A DNA stretch of 64,000 nt from Candidatus Yanofskybacteria bacterium. Lineage in GTDB: Bacteria; Patescibacteriota; Minisyncoccia; 2-02-FULL-40-12; IGHO2-01-FULL-4-A. A program made the translations under genes and the position numbers. The stretch covers positions 64,115 to 128,114 of the forward strand of contig JACOZV010000002.1 of the NCBI GenBank assembly GCA_016181175.1. The letters run 5' to 3'. The notes under the pieces are model-generated. The model made no database searches and was not told the origin of the DNA. It was given only the letters and a program-made list of their open reading frames with translations. This document shows positions 27,859 through 37,026 of the stretch, piece by piece (position 1 is the stretch's first letter; every line of letters begins with the position of its first letter).

Positions 27859-29571
27859 TCAAAAAATCCAGAATTTTTTCTTATTTTTTATTTTTTGTTC
27901 TGCAACTTTTGGAGTAAATTCTACTTCTCCTTTTATGAGATGTGCATTGTCCGGCAGTTCAATTTTTGCCAATATTTCAATTTCGTATTTTATCGGCTTG
28001 CTTGTCCAGACATTCCTCTTTTCGTCAGATTCTACCGGCAGTTCGTCCAGAGATAGATTACTGGCGGTAGCCGGTATTTTGGCGTCTATGTTTGGGGGTT
28101 TTGTGACGCTTGAGCCAAATATTAGCTGGATATTTAAGACAGGCGACTCGTTAGGCTTAACTTTTTCGGGGTCGGCATAGTATACATAAAGCGCGTTTCT
28201 GTCAGAAATTTTATTTAGCAATTCAACGCTTTCTGGTTTCGGTTTTAAATAAGGCAAGATTTTGGCTGCCAATTCATCGCCACTAGTGATATGTAATTCT
28301 TTGTCCAAATATTTCTGATCTAAAACCAGTAAATTCTTAGAAGTCCACTCTTCGTCGCCCACGGCAACTATAGAAAACTCCAGCGCTATCTTGTCATTTG
28401 CCCTTTCTGTTTTTACCAGTGTTGCTTTCTGAAGTTCAAGAGTTTTGTATTTTGGTCTTGTTTTTAATGTTATGCGTATATTTTCAACAACAGGATTCAA
28501 ATCTTCTTCCGTAAGCATTTTGACGACAGAGCCTACGGTAGTTCCTGTTCCGGTGGCACCCGTATAGTAGATTTGTGCTAGGCCGGTAGTATCTATGCGA
28601 ACTTCGGCGTCAACATCCAACAGCCTGTCTATCAACTGCACATCGCGCATTATTACCGACGCGATGTTTCCATTTGTGCGCGGTGTGTATGCAAAAAAAT
28701 ATTGGCTTACCATTTTTCTTGAAAAATAATTTTCTAAAACCACATCCATTTCAAAAAATTTTGGCATAATACCCAGTTTGGCAGCTTGACCATATGGGCT
28801 TTCAAGAAATACCGTTCCTAGCATCGGTCCGATCGGCTCAATAATTTTTGAAGATATGCTTTGTTGCGGAATTGATGCGAGGACCCTGGCTTTCCAGAAC
28901 GGGAGTGCGGTAACACCCGCTGGATTGGCACGATGCCCCAAGGTAAATAAAAAGTTTTTATTTTGAGGAAAGGCCAGTGTTACTGTTCCGCCACCGCACG
29001 ATGCACTACTACCCCAGTAATCACAAAAAGCGTACATTTCGCCGGCGTTAATTTCGTTTATGGCCGGCTCTAGAGTTAAAAAGCGCGTGGATGGCGGTTC
29101 TTGGATAAGTTTGTTCGGTAGTCTGACAACTTCCGGTCTAAACCCGACCATCAGTTCAATCGGCGTAACCAGAGCATAAGATTTTTTTTGAAACGTTGGC
29201 GCCGCGGCTATGGCGCCGATAACCCTGCCCTTAATGTATAAAGGGCTTCCGGACATGCCCTGCAAAACAGCGGCTTCTTTTATAATTTCATTGCCGTCAC
29301 TGTCCTTAGGACCGCCTGAAAGTAAAACTAAAATATAATAATGGTCGTCCCAAGTGCTGTGTATGTCTACGACGTCAAAATCAAATTTTTCAGCTTCTAT
29401 ACCGCGAAATACGGTTAAACCGTAACCCTTGTCACCCGGTTTGATCTGGTTTAAGGGCAAGATTTCTTGTGCTTGAATAAAAGGTGAAAATGACAAAAAT
29501 AGAATTAAGATAAAAGCTAAAAATAATAGCAAGAATCTGTAGAAACTTGCTCTCAAAGACATTGTTGGCAT
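27859..29571 (-). CDS. secreted serine-peptidase-like protein (GMSGSP motif; S55/SpoIVB-like)
   Basis: N-terminal TM or signal. GMSGSPLYIKGRVIGAIA resembles the SpoIVB-type catalytic serine motif. Tentative family call. Confidence 0.45.
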   Translation of the reverse strand: MPTMSLRASFYRFLLLFLAFILILFLSFSPFIQAQEILPLNQIKPGDKGYGLTVFRGIEAEKFDFDVVDIHSTWDDHYYILVLLSGGPKDSDGNEIIKEAAVLQGMSGSPLYIKGRVIGAIAAAPTFQKKSYALVTPIELMVGFRPEVVRLPNKLIQEPPSTRFLTLEPAINEINAGEMYAFCDYWGSSASCGGGTVTLAFPQNKNFLFTLGHRANPAGVTALPFWKARVLASIPQQSISSKIIEPIGPMLGTVFLESPYGQAAKLGIMPKFFEMDVVLENYFSRKMVSQYFFAYTPRTNGNIASVIMRDVQLIDRLLDVDAEVRIDTTGLAQIYYTGATGTGTTVGSVVKMLTEEDLNPVVENIRITLKTRPKYKTLELQKATLVKTERANDKIALEFSIVAVGDEEWTSKNLLVLDQKYLDKELHITSGDELAAKILPYLKPKPESVELLNKISDRNALYVYYADPEKVKPNESPVLNIQLIFGSSVTKPPNIDAKIPATASNLSLDELPVESDEKRNVWTSKPIKYEIEILAKIELPDNAHLIKGEVEFTPKVAEQKIKNKKKFWIF

Positions 29572-29650
29572 TTCATATCCTTGTTTGTGAATGAACCAAT
29601 ATGGTATAAAATTACTCCCAAGATTCAGTCTTGTCCAGCCGGCATGTTTG

Positions 29651-30667
29651 TTACCGAGTTAGCCCTGAGTCTTTCTCGATTGCAAATTCCGACAGACCCA
29701 GAGAATTTAAACGTTCATTGTAGGCAAGGACTGTTCTTGCCTCTATTGAGTGCGGATGAAACTCCAGTTGCAGGTTGTTAAATACTACTCGTCCTCCGGC
29801 TTGATGTGTGGCCGGGTTGTTCGCGATACGTTTTGATTGATATTTTTGCGCCGAATATTCAAGCCAATCGCCAAATTTTGTATTTAAAATTATTTCACAG
29901 GTTCCGCTTAAATTTGAGGTCAATCTCCGTTTTGTTTCGATGCAGTTTTTTATGTTCCAATAATAAGAATAATCCAATACCCATCCGTTTTCTTTCATAA
30001 ATTCACTTACTATCTCGGCATTCTTTAAATATATGGGTATCAAGTTGGCGTATGTCTGCGCATTGTAGATGCTTTTAAAAGGTATGTTCAAGGACCGTTC
30101 AGTTACGAAATGATTAGTGCAAATTTTGTCAGGGGCTATGCGATCGGTTCCTCGGCGGCGCATTCCCAACAAAAACAGTGTTCCCAAAATTAAAAATCTG
30201 TTTAACCAAATCCGGTCGTATTTTGTCACAACCAAAACATCAAGATCGCTAAGCTCGTCGGTATTGTTCATGGCTAGCGAACCGGATGCGAAAATGGCCC
30301 GTACGTATGGAATCAGACGCAACCATCGGACGGTACGCCTGGCCATATGCCATTTGCGCGCGGCAATCTTTTCGCGTTTCAGACGTAATGGCAGCAGATA
30401 TTCGCGATCAAATAAAAAATAGTAGCCGTCCACGCAACTGACGATCTGCTCAATAAACAATTGGTCGAGTTCTTTCTTTATTTCAACATAGCTACAAGGC
30501 TTTGAAACTTCTGAACTGTTGAGATGCTTGAAGACTATTAAACGAGCAAAAATCTCCTCTGCCTTCAGAGGAAAATCAAAAATATCGTAATAGGCCAATG
30601 TTGCAAGGATATTTTTTTTAAGTTCTGGCACCATCAAAACACTATCAAATAAACGGGTCAGTTTCAA
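29651..30667 (-). CDS. nucleotidyltransferase-domain protein
   Basis: GSLAMNNTDELSDLDVLVV matches the minimal polymerase-beta-like NTase motif (GS...D.D). Confidence 0.55.
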   Translation of the reverse strand: MKLTRLFDSVLMVPELKKNILATLAYYDIFDFPLKAEEIFARLIVFKHLNSSEVSKPCSYVEIKKELDQLFIEQIVSCVDGYYFLFDREYLLPLRLKREKIAARKWHMARRTVRWLRLIPYVRAIFASGSLAMNNTDELSDLDVLVVTKYDRIWLNRFLILGTLFLLGMRRRGTDRIAPDKICTNHFVTERSLNIPFKSIYNAQTYANLIPIYLKNAEIVSEFMKENGWVLDYSYYWNIKNCIETKRRLTSNLSGTCEIILNTKFGDWLEYSAQKYQSKRIANNPATHQAGGRVVFNNLQLEFHPHSIEARTVLAYNERLNSLGLSEFAIEKDSGLTR

Positions 30668-30703
30668 AATTGTAAAAATAAAACCGCGTATCGGGCGGTT
30701 GTG

Positions 30704-31219
30704 CTATTTGGTTTTTTTGATTTTGAAAACCACTTTGGCTTTTTGCGGGTCATATTTTATTTTTTTTGAACGTTTGGTCCAAAAACGGGAAGTGGCCGGT
30801 TCAATATTGTATGACTGGTTACCGTCTAAATTAACCGGCTTTGGCGCTTTGCTTTTTAAAAATATAGTCCCCAAAAATGGTTTAAAGCGATTCGGAATTT
30901 TTAAAGGAATAAATTTGTAATCTATTTTTTCAACCGTTTCCACTTGAGGTATCCCATTGTTACTAAATACGTCAAACATCTCATAACGGCCTTCCGGAAC
31001 TAGCCATACCCAGTTCTTGGGTTCCAATACAATATAATATTTGTCCAAATAAATATAATGCGTGTGCTCCGGATAAGGAGTATGCCTGACGACCAATAAC
31101 CACTTAAACTTTCCGTGCGGTTTTGGCGGATTAACAATTTCCTGTTTTTTTGCAAAACCACTTCCAACGCTAAACAAAACAATCCAAGTCCAAAAAAACA
31201 AAAAAGGCATTTTTTTCAT
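30704..31219 (-). CDS. secreted hypothetical protein (171 aa)
   Basis: Signal peptide MKKMPFLFFWTWIVLFSVGSGFA. No motif. Confidence 0.5.
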   Translation of the reverse strand: MKKMPFLFFWTWIVLFSVGSGFAKKQEIVNPPKPHGKFKWLLVVRHTPYPEHTHYIYLDKYYIVLEPKNWVWLVPEGRYEMFDVFSNNGIPQVETVEKIDYKFIPLKIPNRFKPFLGTIFLKSKAPKPVNLDGNQSYNIEPATSRFWTKRSKKIKYDPQKAKVVFKIKKTK

Positions 31220-31304
31220 TTTTCACCGCGTTTTTTAAAAATAACTTTGTAAGATCATTCTTGCACGATTAGGATTACCACGCAAATTATTGTCGGAAAC
31301 CTAA

Positions 31305-31328
31305 ATAAAAAGCCCGTTTTTACGGGCC
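31305..31328 (-). terminator. intrinsic terminator after Cys-rich gene
   Basis: gcccgtttttacgggc hairpin with a T-run on the minus strand. Confidence 0.6.
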
Positions 31329-31360
31329 TGTCTAACAACTGTCGTCTGGCACCAGATTTT

Positions 31361-31663
31361 TCAGCTCTGGCACTTTGGCTTACACTTGCAAAGTTCTTTC
31401 TTGCAGTGGTTGGTACACCGTGGATCTTCGCCTGCCGGTGGCTTGCATTCCGAATTTGGCGGGTTGCTGGGATTATTTTGTCCCCAGCATACACAATTGG
31501 CTTTTTTGCCGTTTCTTTGAAAATTGTGGCATTCAGCCACACCGTCTGGCTGCGCTTGAGCGACTTCTTTTGATTGAGGCGATTGTCCCTGTAAAATCAT
31601 TGAACCGACAATCGTGCCGGCAAGAAACAATATCATAACAGACACATTTATTCGTTGTCTCAT
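31361..31663 (-). CDS. secreted Cys-rich small protein (100 aa)
   Basis: Signal peptide, then 13 Cys (ECHNFQRNGKKANCVCWGQN...CKPPAGEDPRCTNHCKKELCKCKPKCQS). Strong SD GGAGGGGA upstream. Confidence 0.55.
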   Translation of the reverse strand: MRQRINVSVMILFLAGTIVGSMILQGQSPQSKEVAQAQPDGVAECHNFQRNGKKANCVCWGQNNPSNPPNSECKPPAGEDPRCTNHCKKELCKCKPKCQS

Positions 31664-31723
31664 GCTCCCCTCCCTTTGTTATAAAGAACTGCGTGAATTA
31701 AACATAACAAATCTATTTCAAGT

Positions 31724-32800
31724 TTACAAGATTTTTATTATCAGCAATAGCAATACGACTCCGGGTAAGGCCAAAATTTCCCACCAGACATTCTTACTTT
31801 CGCTGAAAGCAACCAGGCGCGGTGTAAAGGTGCGGTTTGTATTAACCGCATTTTTGAGAAAACCTTGAACACCGCTGACTGTGGCGGTGGAATCAATGGC
31901 GTAAAGCTCGCCGCCTGTTTTTACCGCTATTTCGTTCAGGCGCTGTGTTTTAAGACCGGTTTGAATGGTTGTTTTTACGGTTTTGTTGTAATCGTTTGGG
32001 TCGTAAGCCTCGATAACCGTCTTTTTGCCGTTTTTTGTGCCTACACCAATTGAATAAATTTTTATTTTTCTTTTATTCAACTCTCTAATTCCTGGATTCA
32101 GATTTCCCCCGTCGTTATCATCCCCATCGCTGAACAAAAACATGATCCTGTTATTTTTAAACCATGAACCGCCGGTAGAACCGGCGCTCTTTTTAAAAAA
32201 ACCGTCCTGTTTATCCATGGATTTAGACACGTGTTCAATCGCGTTTGCCATATTGGTATTAAGCTGCGAATCTTCCTGATAAACTGACGGGTGTGAAATT
32301 TCCGCCAGTTGCGACCTGAAAACATTAAAATCATCGGAAAGCGGCATCCGCCAGACGGAATGTGTTCCAAAGATAAATAATGTTACCCTATCTCCCTGTT
32401 TAAGCGTGCCGCCGTCAACAAATTCGGCAATTGATGCTTTCATAATATACAGCCGTGTTTTTTCCCCAATATCATCTGTTTTTGTAGAAAACGAGTGATC
32501 TACGATAAACCCAACATCAATGTTACCGCCTGGAGTTAATTTTACGCCCTTGTTTATCCTTGGGCCTGCCAAGGCGATTACAGATAGGCCGCAAACGGCC
32601 AATACCACAATCAGGGACAAATCTTTGCCAAAAAGTTTATATTTTGAATACTTTGACTTTTTGGGTCGATAAATAACCTTGAGAATTAAAGTGGCGATAA
32701 TTATCGCCACCAGCAGCCTCAAAAGATTAAAAAAAGAAAAATAGATTGGTTCTGAAAAATACAAATTTTCAAGCCAGTATTGAATGTAGCTCATATTCAA
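31724..32800 (-). CDS. vWA-domain membrane protein (BatA-like)
   Basis: N-terminal TM helices plus a von Willebrand A MIDAS-type region (VDHSFSTKTDD...FLFSDGDDNDG). Confidence 0.7.
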   Translation of the reverse strand: MNMSYIQYWLENLYFSEPIYFSFFNLLRLLVAIIIATLILKVIYRPKKSKYSKYKLFGKDLSLIVVLAVCGLSVIALAGPRINKGVKLTPGGNIDVGFIVDHSFSTKTDDIGEKTRLYIMKASIAEFVDGGTLKQGDRVTLFIFGTHSVWRMPLSDDFNVFRSQLAEISHPSVYQEDSQLNTNMANAIEHVSKSMDKQDGFFKKSAGSTGGSWFKNNRIMFLFSDGDDNDGGNLNPGIRELNKRKIKIYSIGVGTKNGKKTVIEAYDPNDYNKTVKTTIQTGLKTQRLNEIAVKTGGELYAIDSTATVSGVQGFLKNAVNTNRTFTPRLVAFSESKNVWWEILALPGVVLLLLIIKIL

Positions 32801-33564
32801 CCCTCTCTTCTTGTTCCGGGCTTATTGTTCGGGTTGGGCTTATCTCCGCTTTTTCTATCCAAATCCAATGTGCCCTTACCGGGAGCCTCGCCTTCAAGAT
32901 CACCGGGGTTTTTGCCTTTTTTGCCGCCCTCGCCAAGCATTATCCTAATCTTAATTGGTTTTGGTTCCAGCGCGCGTGCCGCTGCTGACGGGTCAGTAGT
33001 CAAGTCGTAATTCCACTTGGGCGGTAATGTTGAGAACGGATCTTTTTTCACGGCCTGTTCGTAATCATCTTTAGTGGAAGCAGACATTTTAATCGCTTGT
33101 TCTTGCATTGTTTGGCGTGTTTTTCCGCCCATTCTTAAGGATTGTTCGTAAAGTCCCTGCGCAAGACGCCACTTTGAATTGGATCTCATGTAATAAGACC
33201 TATAATCGTCGTTGTTGCTAAGTTCTTGTATAACTCTTTCGTAGTTTCCCGTTAAGTAATCGTAAGCCGATTTGAAATATTGGGCATCTTTGAAAAAACG
33301 TTTATTGATCTGGCCGTCCAATCGCAGTGGATGCAATTTTTTATTTAACTCGTAAAAATTTTGAAGATTTTGCAAATTTTCCCTTGCGGCTAATTGATCG
33401 CCGCGCGAAACTGCCCCACTGAAAGCATCGGCAGTTCTATAAAATTCTTTGCCGTTAAAAAGAAAAGCCTCCACAAAACAAAAAATAAACAATATTATGG
33501 TTGCCAAAACAATCCGGCCGAATGTAAATCTTCTGATTTTTTCCATTTTGACCTGCCTCTTCAA
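32797..33564 (-). CDS. TPR-like helical membrane-anchored protein (BatC-like)
   Basis: N-terminal TM. Helical repeats. Gly/Lys/Pro-rich C-terminal tail. Operon context. Confidence 0.5.
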   Translation of the reverse strand: MKRQVKMEKIRRFTFGRIVLATIILFIFCFVEAFLFNGKEFYRTADAFSGAVSRGDQLAARENLQNLQNFYELNKKLHPLRLDGQINKRFFKDAQYFKSAYDYLTGNYERVIQELSNNDDYRSYYMRSNSKWRLAQGLYEQSLRMGGKTRQTMQEQAIKMSASTKDDYEQAVKKDPFSTLPPKWNYDLTTDPSAAARALEPKPIKIRIMLGEGGKKGKNPGDLEGEAPGKGTLDLDRKSGDKPNPNNKPGTRREG

Positions 33565-33626
33565 TTGGAAAAGAACGTTTATGTCAGATTATAACTAAAT
33601 TAAAAAGCTGTCTAGTGACAGCTTTT

Positions 33627-34808
33627 TTACACCACCCTCTGGAATTTCCAGAATATCAATCTGGTCAATATCGCAAGGGCGTAAAATACAAGCGAAACAA
33701 CCAGCGGCAAACGATAGATATGCTGTTCAACGGTAAGACTTTTTACCGCGATTACTGCGGGGTTGAGCCGGTCGAGACGCTGACGGATCTGGCCAAGAGA
33801 CGGTCGGTTTGCGGCTATAAAATACTCGCCGCCGTATTGTCTTATCTGCCTTAACAGTTGTTCCGGTAGTTTTACCTGCGGTGCGTCATCGCTTCCGTGG
33901 ATTTTTCTTTCCGCGTCTTTGTCGGGGTCTATATAAACAAGAAACGGAACAATGCCTCTCTTTGCCAGCTCTTTAAGCTGTGGCTCCGGGTCTCGGCTGG
34001 AGGCGCCATCCGTAGCTATTATAATTGATCTTCTTTTGATTGAAGGATTTTTCTTAATTTCCTGGGTAATTTTAGGGTCGCCCTTTTCGTCAAAAAGTTT
34101 ACTTCCGGCTTCAAGACCCAGAAAAAGATCAGACTCGCCGCCGAATGGTTCTGCCATGAAATCTTTTACGATGAACATCCCTTTGTAGAAATCGATTCTT
34201 GGCGTATCCGGATCGGCAATAACCAAAGGACCGTTTTCAACGCTGAAAAGAAGACTGTCGGTATCTGTTGTAAAGTCCGCTATTCTGTAAGGATTGGAGG
34301 CGTAAACGATAAAGGCTGCCCTGTCATTTTTGTCCCCGCGTTCGGCAATTAATTTCAAAATGAAGTCGCGCACGATTTCAGCCCTGCTTATCTGCTGATT
34401 TTTAAACTTGAAACCCATTGAAACAGAACTATCCTCAAGATAAATTATTTCCCTAGATTGAGTAGATTTTACCTCTCTGCTCAAAAGAACATAAGGATCC
34501 GCAATGGCCAGCAGGAGACAACTCGATGCCAGTAGAATAAATGTTGTCGGGCTAAGGTCCAATACTCGGTGCCAAAATCCAGGTTTGTCACGCGACTCAA
34601 AACGATATCCAGAATGTTCGTAATAACTTTTTTCCCGCCTTTGACGAAAGTAGGGCCACGATATTTTTAACAAAAGAGCCGCTCCCAGTAATATCGCGGC
34701 CCAAACTGTAAAATTCGCCTGCTTGAACTGAACAACAGTCCAGTCGGTATGTAAAAAATCGTAAAAATTAACCCCAATCAATTCACGGAGTTCGTAATAA
34801 AAATTCAT
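33627..34808 (-). CDS. vWA-domain membrane protein (BatB-like)
   Basis: TM segments at both ends. IYLEDSSVSMGF and IIATDGASSRD are MIDAS-type motifs. ATG at 34808 overlaps the upstream TGA (ATGA). The ORF-track start at 34838 is an alternative. Confidence 0.65.
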   Translation of the reverse strand: MNFYYELRELIGVNFYDFLHTDWTVVQFKQANFTVWAAILLGAALLLKISWPYFRQRREKSYYEHSGYRFESRDKPGFWHRVLDLSPTTFILLASSCLLLAIADPYVLLSREVKSTQSREIIYLEDSSVSMGFKFKNQQISRAEIVRDFILKLIAERGDKNDRAAFIVYASNPYRIADFTTDTDSLLFSVENGPLVIADPDTPRIDFYKGMFIVKDFMAEPFGGESDLFLGLEAGSKLFDEKGDPKITQEIKKNPSIKRRSIIIATDGASSRDPEPQLKELAKRGIVPFLVYIDPDKDAERKIHGSDDAPQVKLPEQLLRQIRQYGGEYFIAANRPSLGQIRQRLDRLNPAVIAVKSLTVEQHIYRLPLVVSLVFYALAILTRLIFWKFQRVV

Positions 34809-35911
34809 TTGCCCCTCCGGAATAATTTTGTAAGCCATTCAGCCAATTCCCGCTTTCTTTCGTGTAACTTATACCTGAAAATCCTGACTGGCCTCAATTC
34901 ATTGGCCCCATATTTCAATAATTTTATTTCTTGTTCTAAAAATTTTACATTAGTTTTTTTATGGGTGAACAACATGTCATCGTAAATTTGAAGGTTTAAG
35001 CTCAATAAACGCAGCAACTCATTTACCCTGCTTGAGGGTTCCATTTTAAAAATTTTGGCAATTACTTCTTTGGTCGTGTCGGCTTCTGATAGGTCTGGGA
35101 TGGATGACAACAATAATCGTCGCAGTTCGTTATACAGATGTCCTATTGCTTCTTCTGTTTTATCAGAACTTGAATCTGTTTTTACATAAACCAGTAACCT
35201 GTCAAGGATATTGCAAAATTGTTTTAATGCTTCTTTGGGAACAAGCCGTTCTTCATGTGCGGCGATTTCTACGCCAAGATGCGCAGTTTTGGATATGCCG
35301 GTTTTCCTGGCGGCGTAAACAATCGGTTTTCTGAACAATAAGAATAAAACCGTGCTGAACATAAAAGCTAACCCGCCCATTAAACCTTTAAATATATTCT
35401 CCTGTCTTTTAAAAGATCCGAAATCAATTTGGTCCATAATGTCATTGGCGTCCTTAATCAGAACGCTGTCGTAGCGCAGTTTAACGCCGGGTGTTTTAAA
35501 TTCTTTTGTTTCCAAATTTTCCAGTGTTTTGCCGGCCTCTTCCTTTACATAAAAAAATGTTTGTTCCGGAATGATCATCTCGCCTTTTTTTTCACCAATG
35601 TGTCTAAGATAATAAATTAAATCCACGTAATTTTCTTTTTTGTATTTGCGCTGATTGCGCAATTCGAGGTTGTAACCCTTTGCCGGATCAAGCTCAAAGG
35701 GACTGAAAGACATATTTTCAGGTTTGGCTAGATCGAATAAAGGCCGATAACCGTCCAGCCAACGGACTGTGTAGATTAACTGTATTTCTTGCCAGTTTGT
35801 AAAAGCCGTCATTGAAACCCGCGGAGGGTCAATAATGACCGGCATTTCTTCTTGGGCCAATAATGCTCTGGCGAATAACATGAATGATAAAATCATTACT
35901 TTTCTGAACAT
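34805..35911 (-). CDS. signal-peptide/TM hypothetical protein (BatD-like position)
   Basis: Real start chosen at MFRKVMILSFMLFARALLAQ, a signal peptide. The longer ORF-track N-terminus would translate through MITE copy 3. Internal TM LMGGLAFMFSTVLFLLF. Confidence 0.55.
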   Translation of the reverse strand: MFRKVMILSFMLFARALLAQEEMPVIIDPPRVSMTAFTNWQEIQLIYTVRWLDGYRPLFDLAKPENMSFSPFELDPAKGYNLELRNQRKYKKENYVDLIYYLRHIGEKKGEMIIPEQTFFYVKEEAGKTLENLETKEFKTPGVKLRYDSVLIKDANDIMDQIDFGSFKRQENIFKGLMGGLAFMFSTVLFLLFRKPIVYAARKTGISKTAHLGVEIAAHEERLVPKEALKQFCNILDRLLVYVKTDSSSDKTEEAIGHLYNELRRLLLSSIPDLSEADTTKEVIAKIFKMEPSSRVNELLRLLSLNLQIYDDMLFTHKKTNVKFLEQEIKLLKYGANELRPVRIFRYKLHERKRELAEWLTKLFRRGK

Positions 35912-35977
35912 CCTAATCCCCAATTTGTCAAAGTTCTTTGTTGCAACAAGGATAAATAAAATATGTTTAACCGTCAA

Positions 35978-36048
35978 CCCCGTTAGAAGTCTCACTCGTG
36001 CCGAAAGCACGAGTCTGTTTGACCTCGGCGAGGCTACTTCTAACGGGG
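35978..36048. mobile_element. MITE-like element, copy 3 (short, 71 bp; TSD TCAA)
   Basis: Perfect 13-bp TIR ccccgttagaagt / acttctaacgggg. Internal hairpin ctcactcgtgc-cgaaa-gcacgagtc. Flanked by TCAA on both sides. Lies inside the Bat-like operon between the DUF58 gene and the next gene. Confidence 0.7.
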
Positions 36049-36087
36049 TCAATCCTTCTCAAATTAAAAAGTCGAGGTAAACCTCGA

Positions 36088-37026
36088 CTATTTATATATC
36101 TGTTTTCTTTGTAACAAAAATTGCGCCAATTCATTAAAATGATTACCAAAATTTAAAATCGTTGAATCAACACCAGATTTTTTAAGTTTCCTTCTGAACT
36201 CTTCCCTTTTCTCAACAAATCCTCGCCTGATATTGACCGCGTTTTTACTTTTAATTTTTTCAAAAGCACCTGTTTCAGCGTCTTTTACCAAAACTGTACC
36301 GGAGCTGTTTTGCCAAGAAAATTCATTCGGCTCGTCAAGAAAAATGGCAATCACGTTCCAGTTGTGTTTGGCAGACAAAGCTTCCAAGAGTTTAAAATCA
36401 ATTTCAAACCTTCCGCCAACTTCGTCCGTAAAATCGGACAGTATTATTATGGAACATTGGCGTTTAAATCTGGCTACTAGCCAGGTCAGGATCGGATTGA
36501 TGCCAGATTGGTAAGTTGAGGGTCCATTCTTACTCTTGGCATCAGCAAATTCACTTTCTTTTTCCAGCAACATTTTCATGGCAAGAAATATTTCTCCCTG
36601 ACCGAGTTTGGGCCGCAGATAAAATTCTATTTTGCTTGAAAATGCCACAATGCCCGCCGGATCATGAAAATAATTTGCCGCCAATCCCAGGGCGCCAACC
36701 AAGTGGAGCATGAGCTTGAACTTGGAATTTTCTTCATTGAAGCCAACAAACACCGATGGCGAAAGATCAGCCAAAATTATAGCCGGGGCGTTCTTGGTTT
36801 CTATCCTATCAACCTTATAAACTATCTTCGGCCATGTACGCATGCTTAATGACCAGTCAATGTTTAGCATTGGTTCACCTGGACGCCATGCGTTTATGCT
36901 GTGCATTTCATAACCCGCACCCTTAAAAGGACTAGCATGCTCCGCCATCAGGAGATTTTTAACCTTTCTTCTGAAAATCTCTTGTTTAATCTTCATTAAT
37001 TCGCTGAATAGTTTTTCTATCTCCAT
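36088..37026 (-). CDS. DUF58 domain protein
   Basis: FKGAGYEMHSINAWRPGEPMLNIDW matches the DUF58 signature (GxG.EF...Y..GD....IDW). It follows the MoxR gene. Confidence 0.8.
   Translation of the reverse strand: MEIEKLFSELMKIKQEIFRRKVKNLLMAEHASPFKGAGYEMHSINAWRPGEPMLNIDWSLSMRTWPKIVYKVDRIETKNAPAIILADLSPSVFVGFNEENSKFKLMLHLVGALGLAANYFHDPAGIVAFSSKIEFYLRPKLGQGEIFLAMKMLLEKESEFADAKSKNGPSTYQSGINPILTWLVARFKRQCSIIILSDFTDEVGGRFEIDFKLLEALSAKHNWNVIAIFLDEPNEFSWQNSSGTVLVKDAETGAFEKIKSKNAVNIRRGFVEKREEFRRKLKKSGVDSTILNFGNHFNELAQFLLQRKQIYK

Noticed and set aside
34805-36052. Long N-terminal extension of the BatD-like ORF
   Set aside because: The first 47 codons translate MITE copy 3. The downstream Met begins a proper signal peptide, so the start was moved to 35911.
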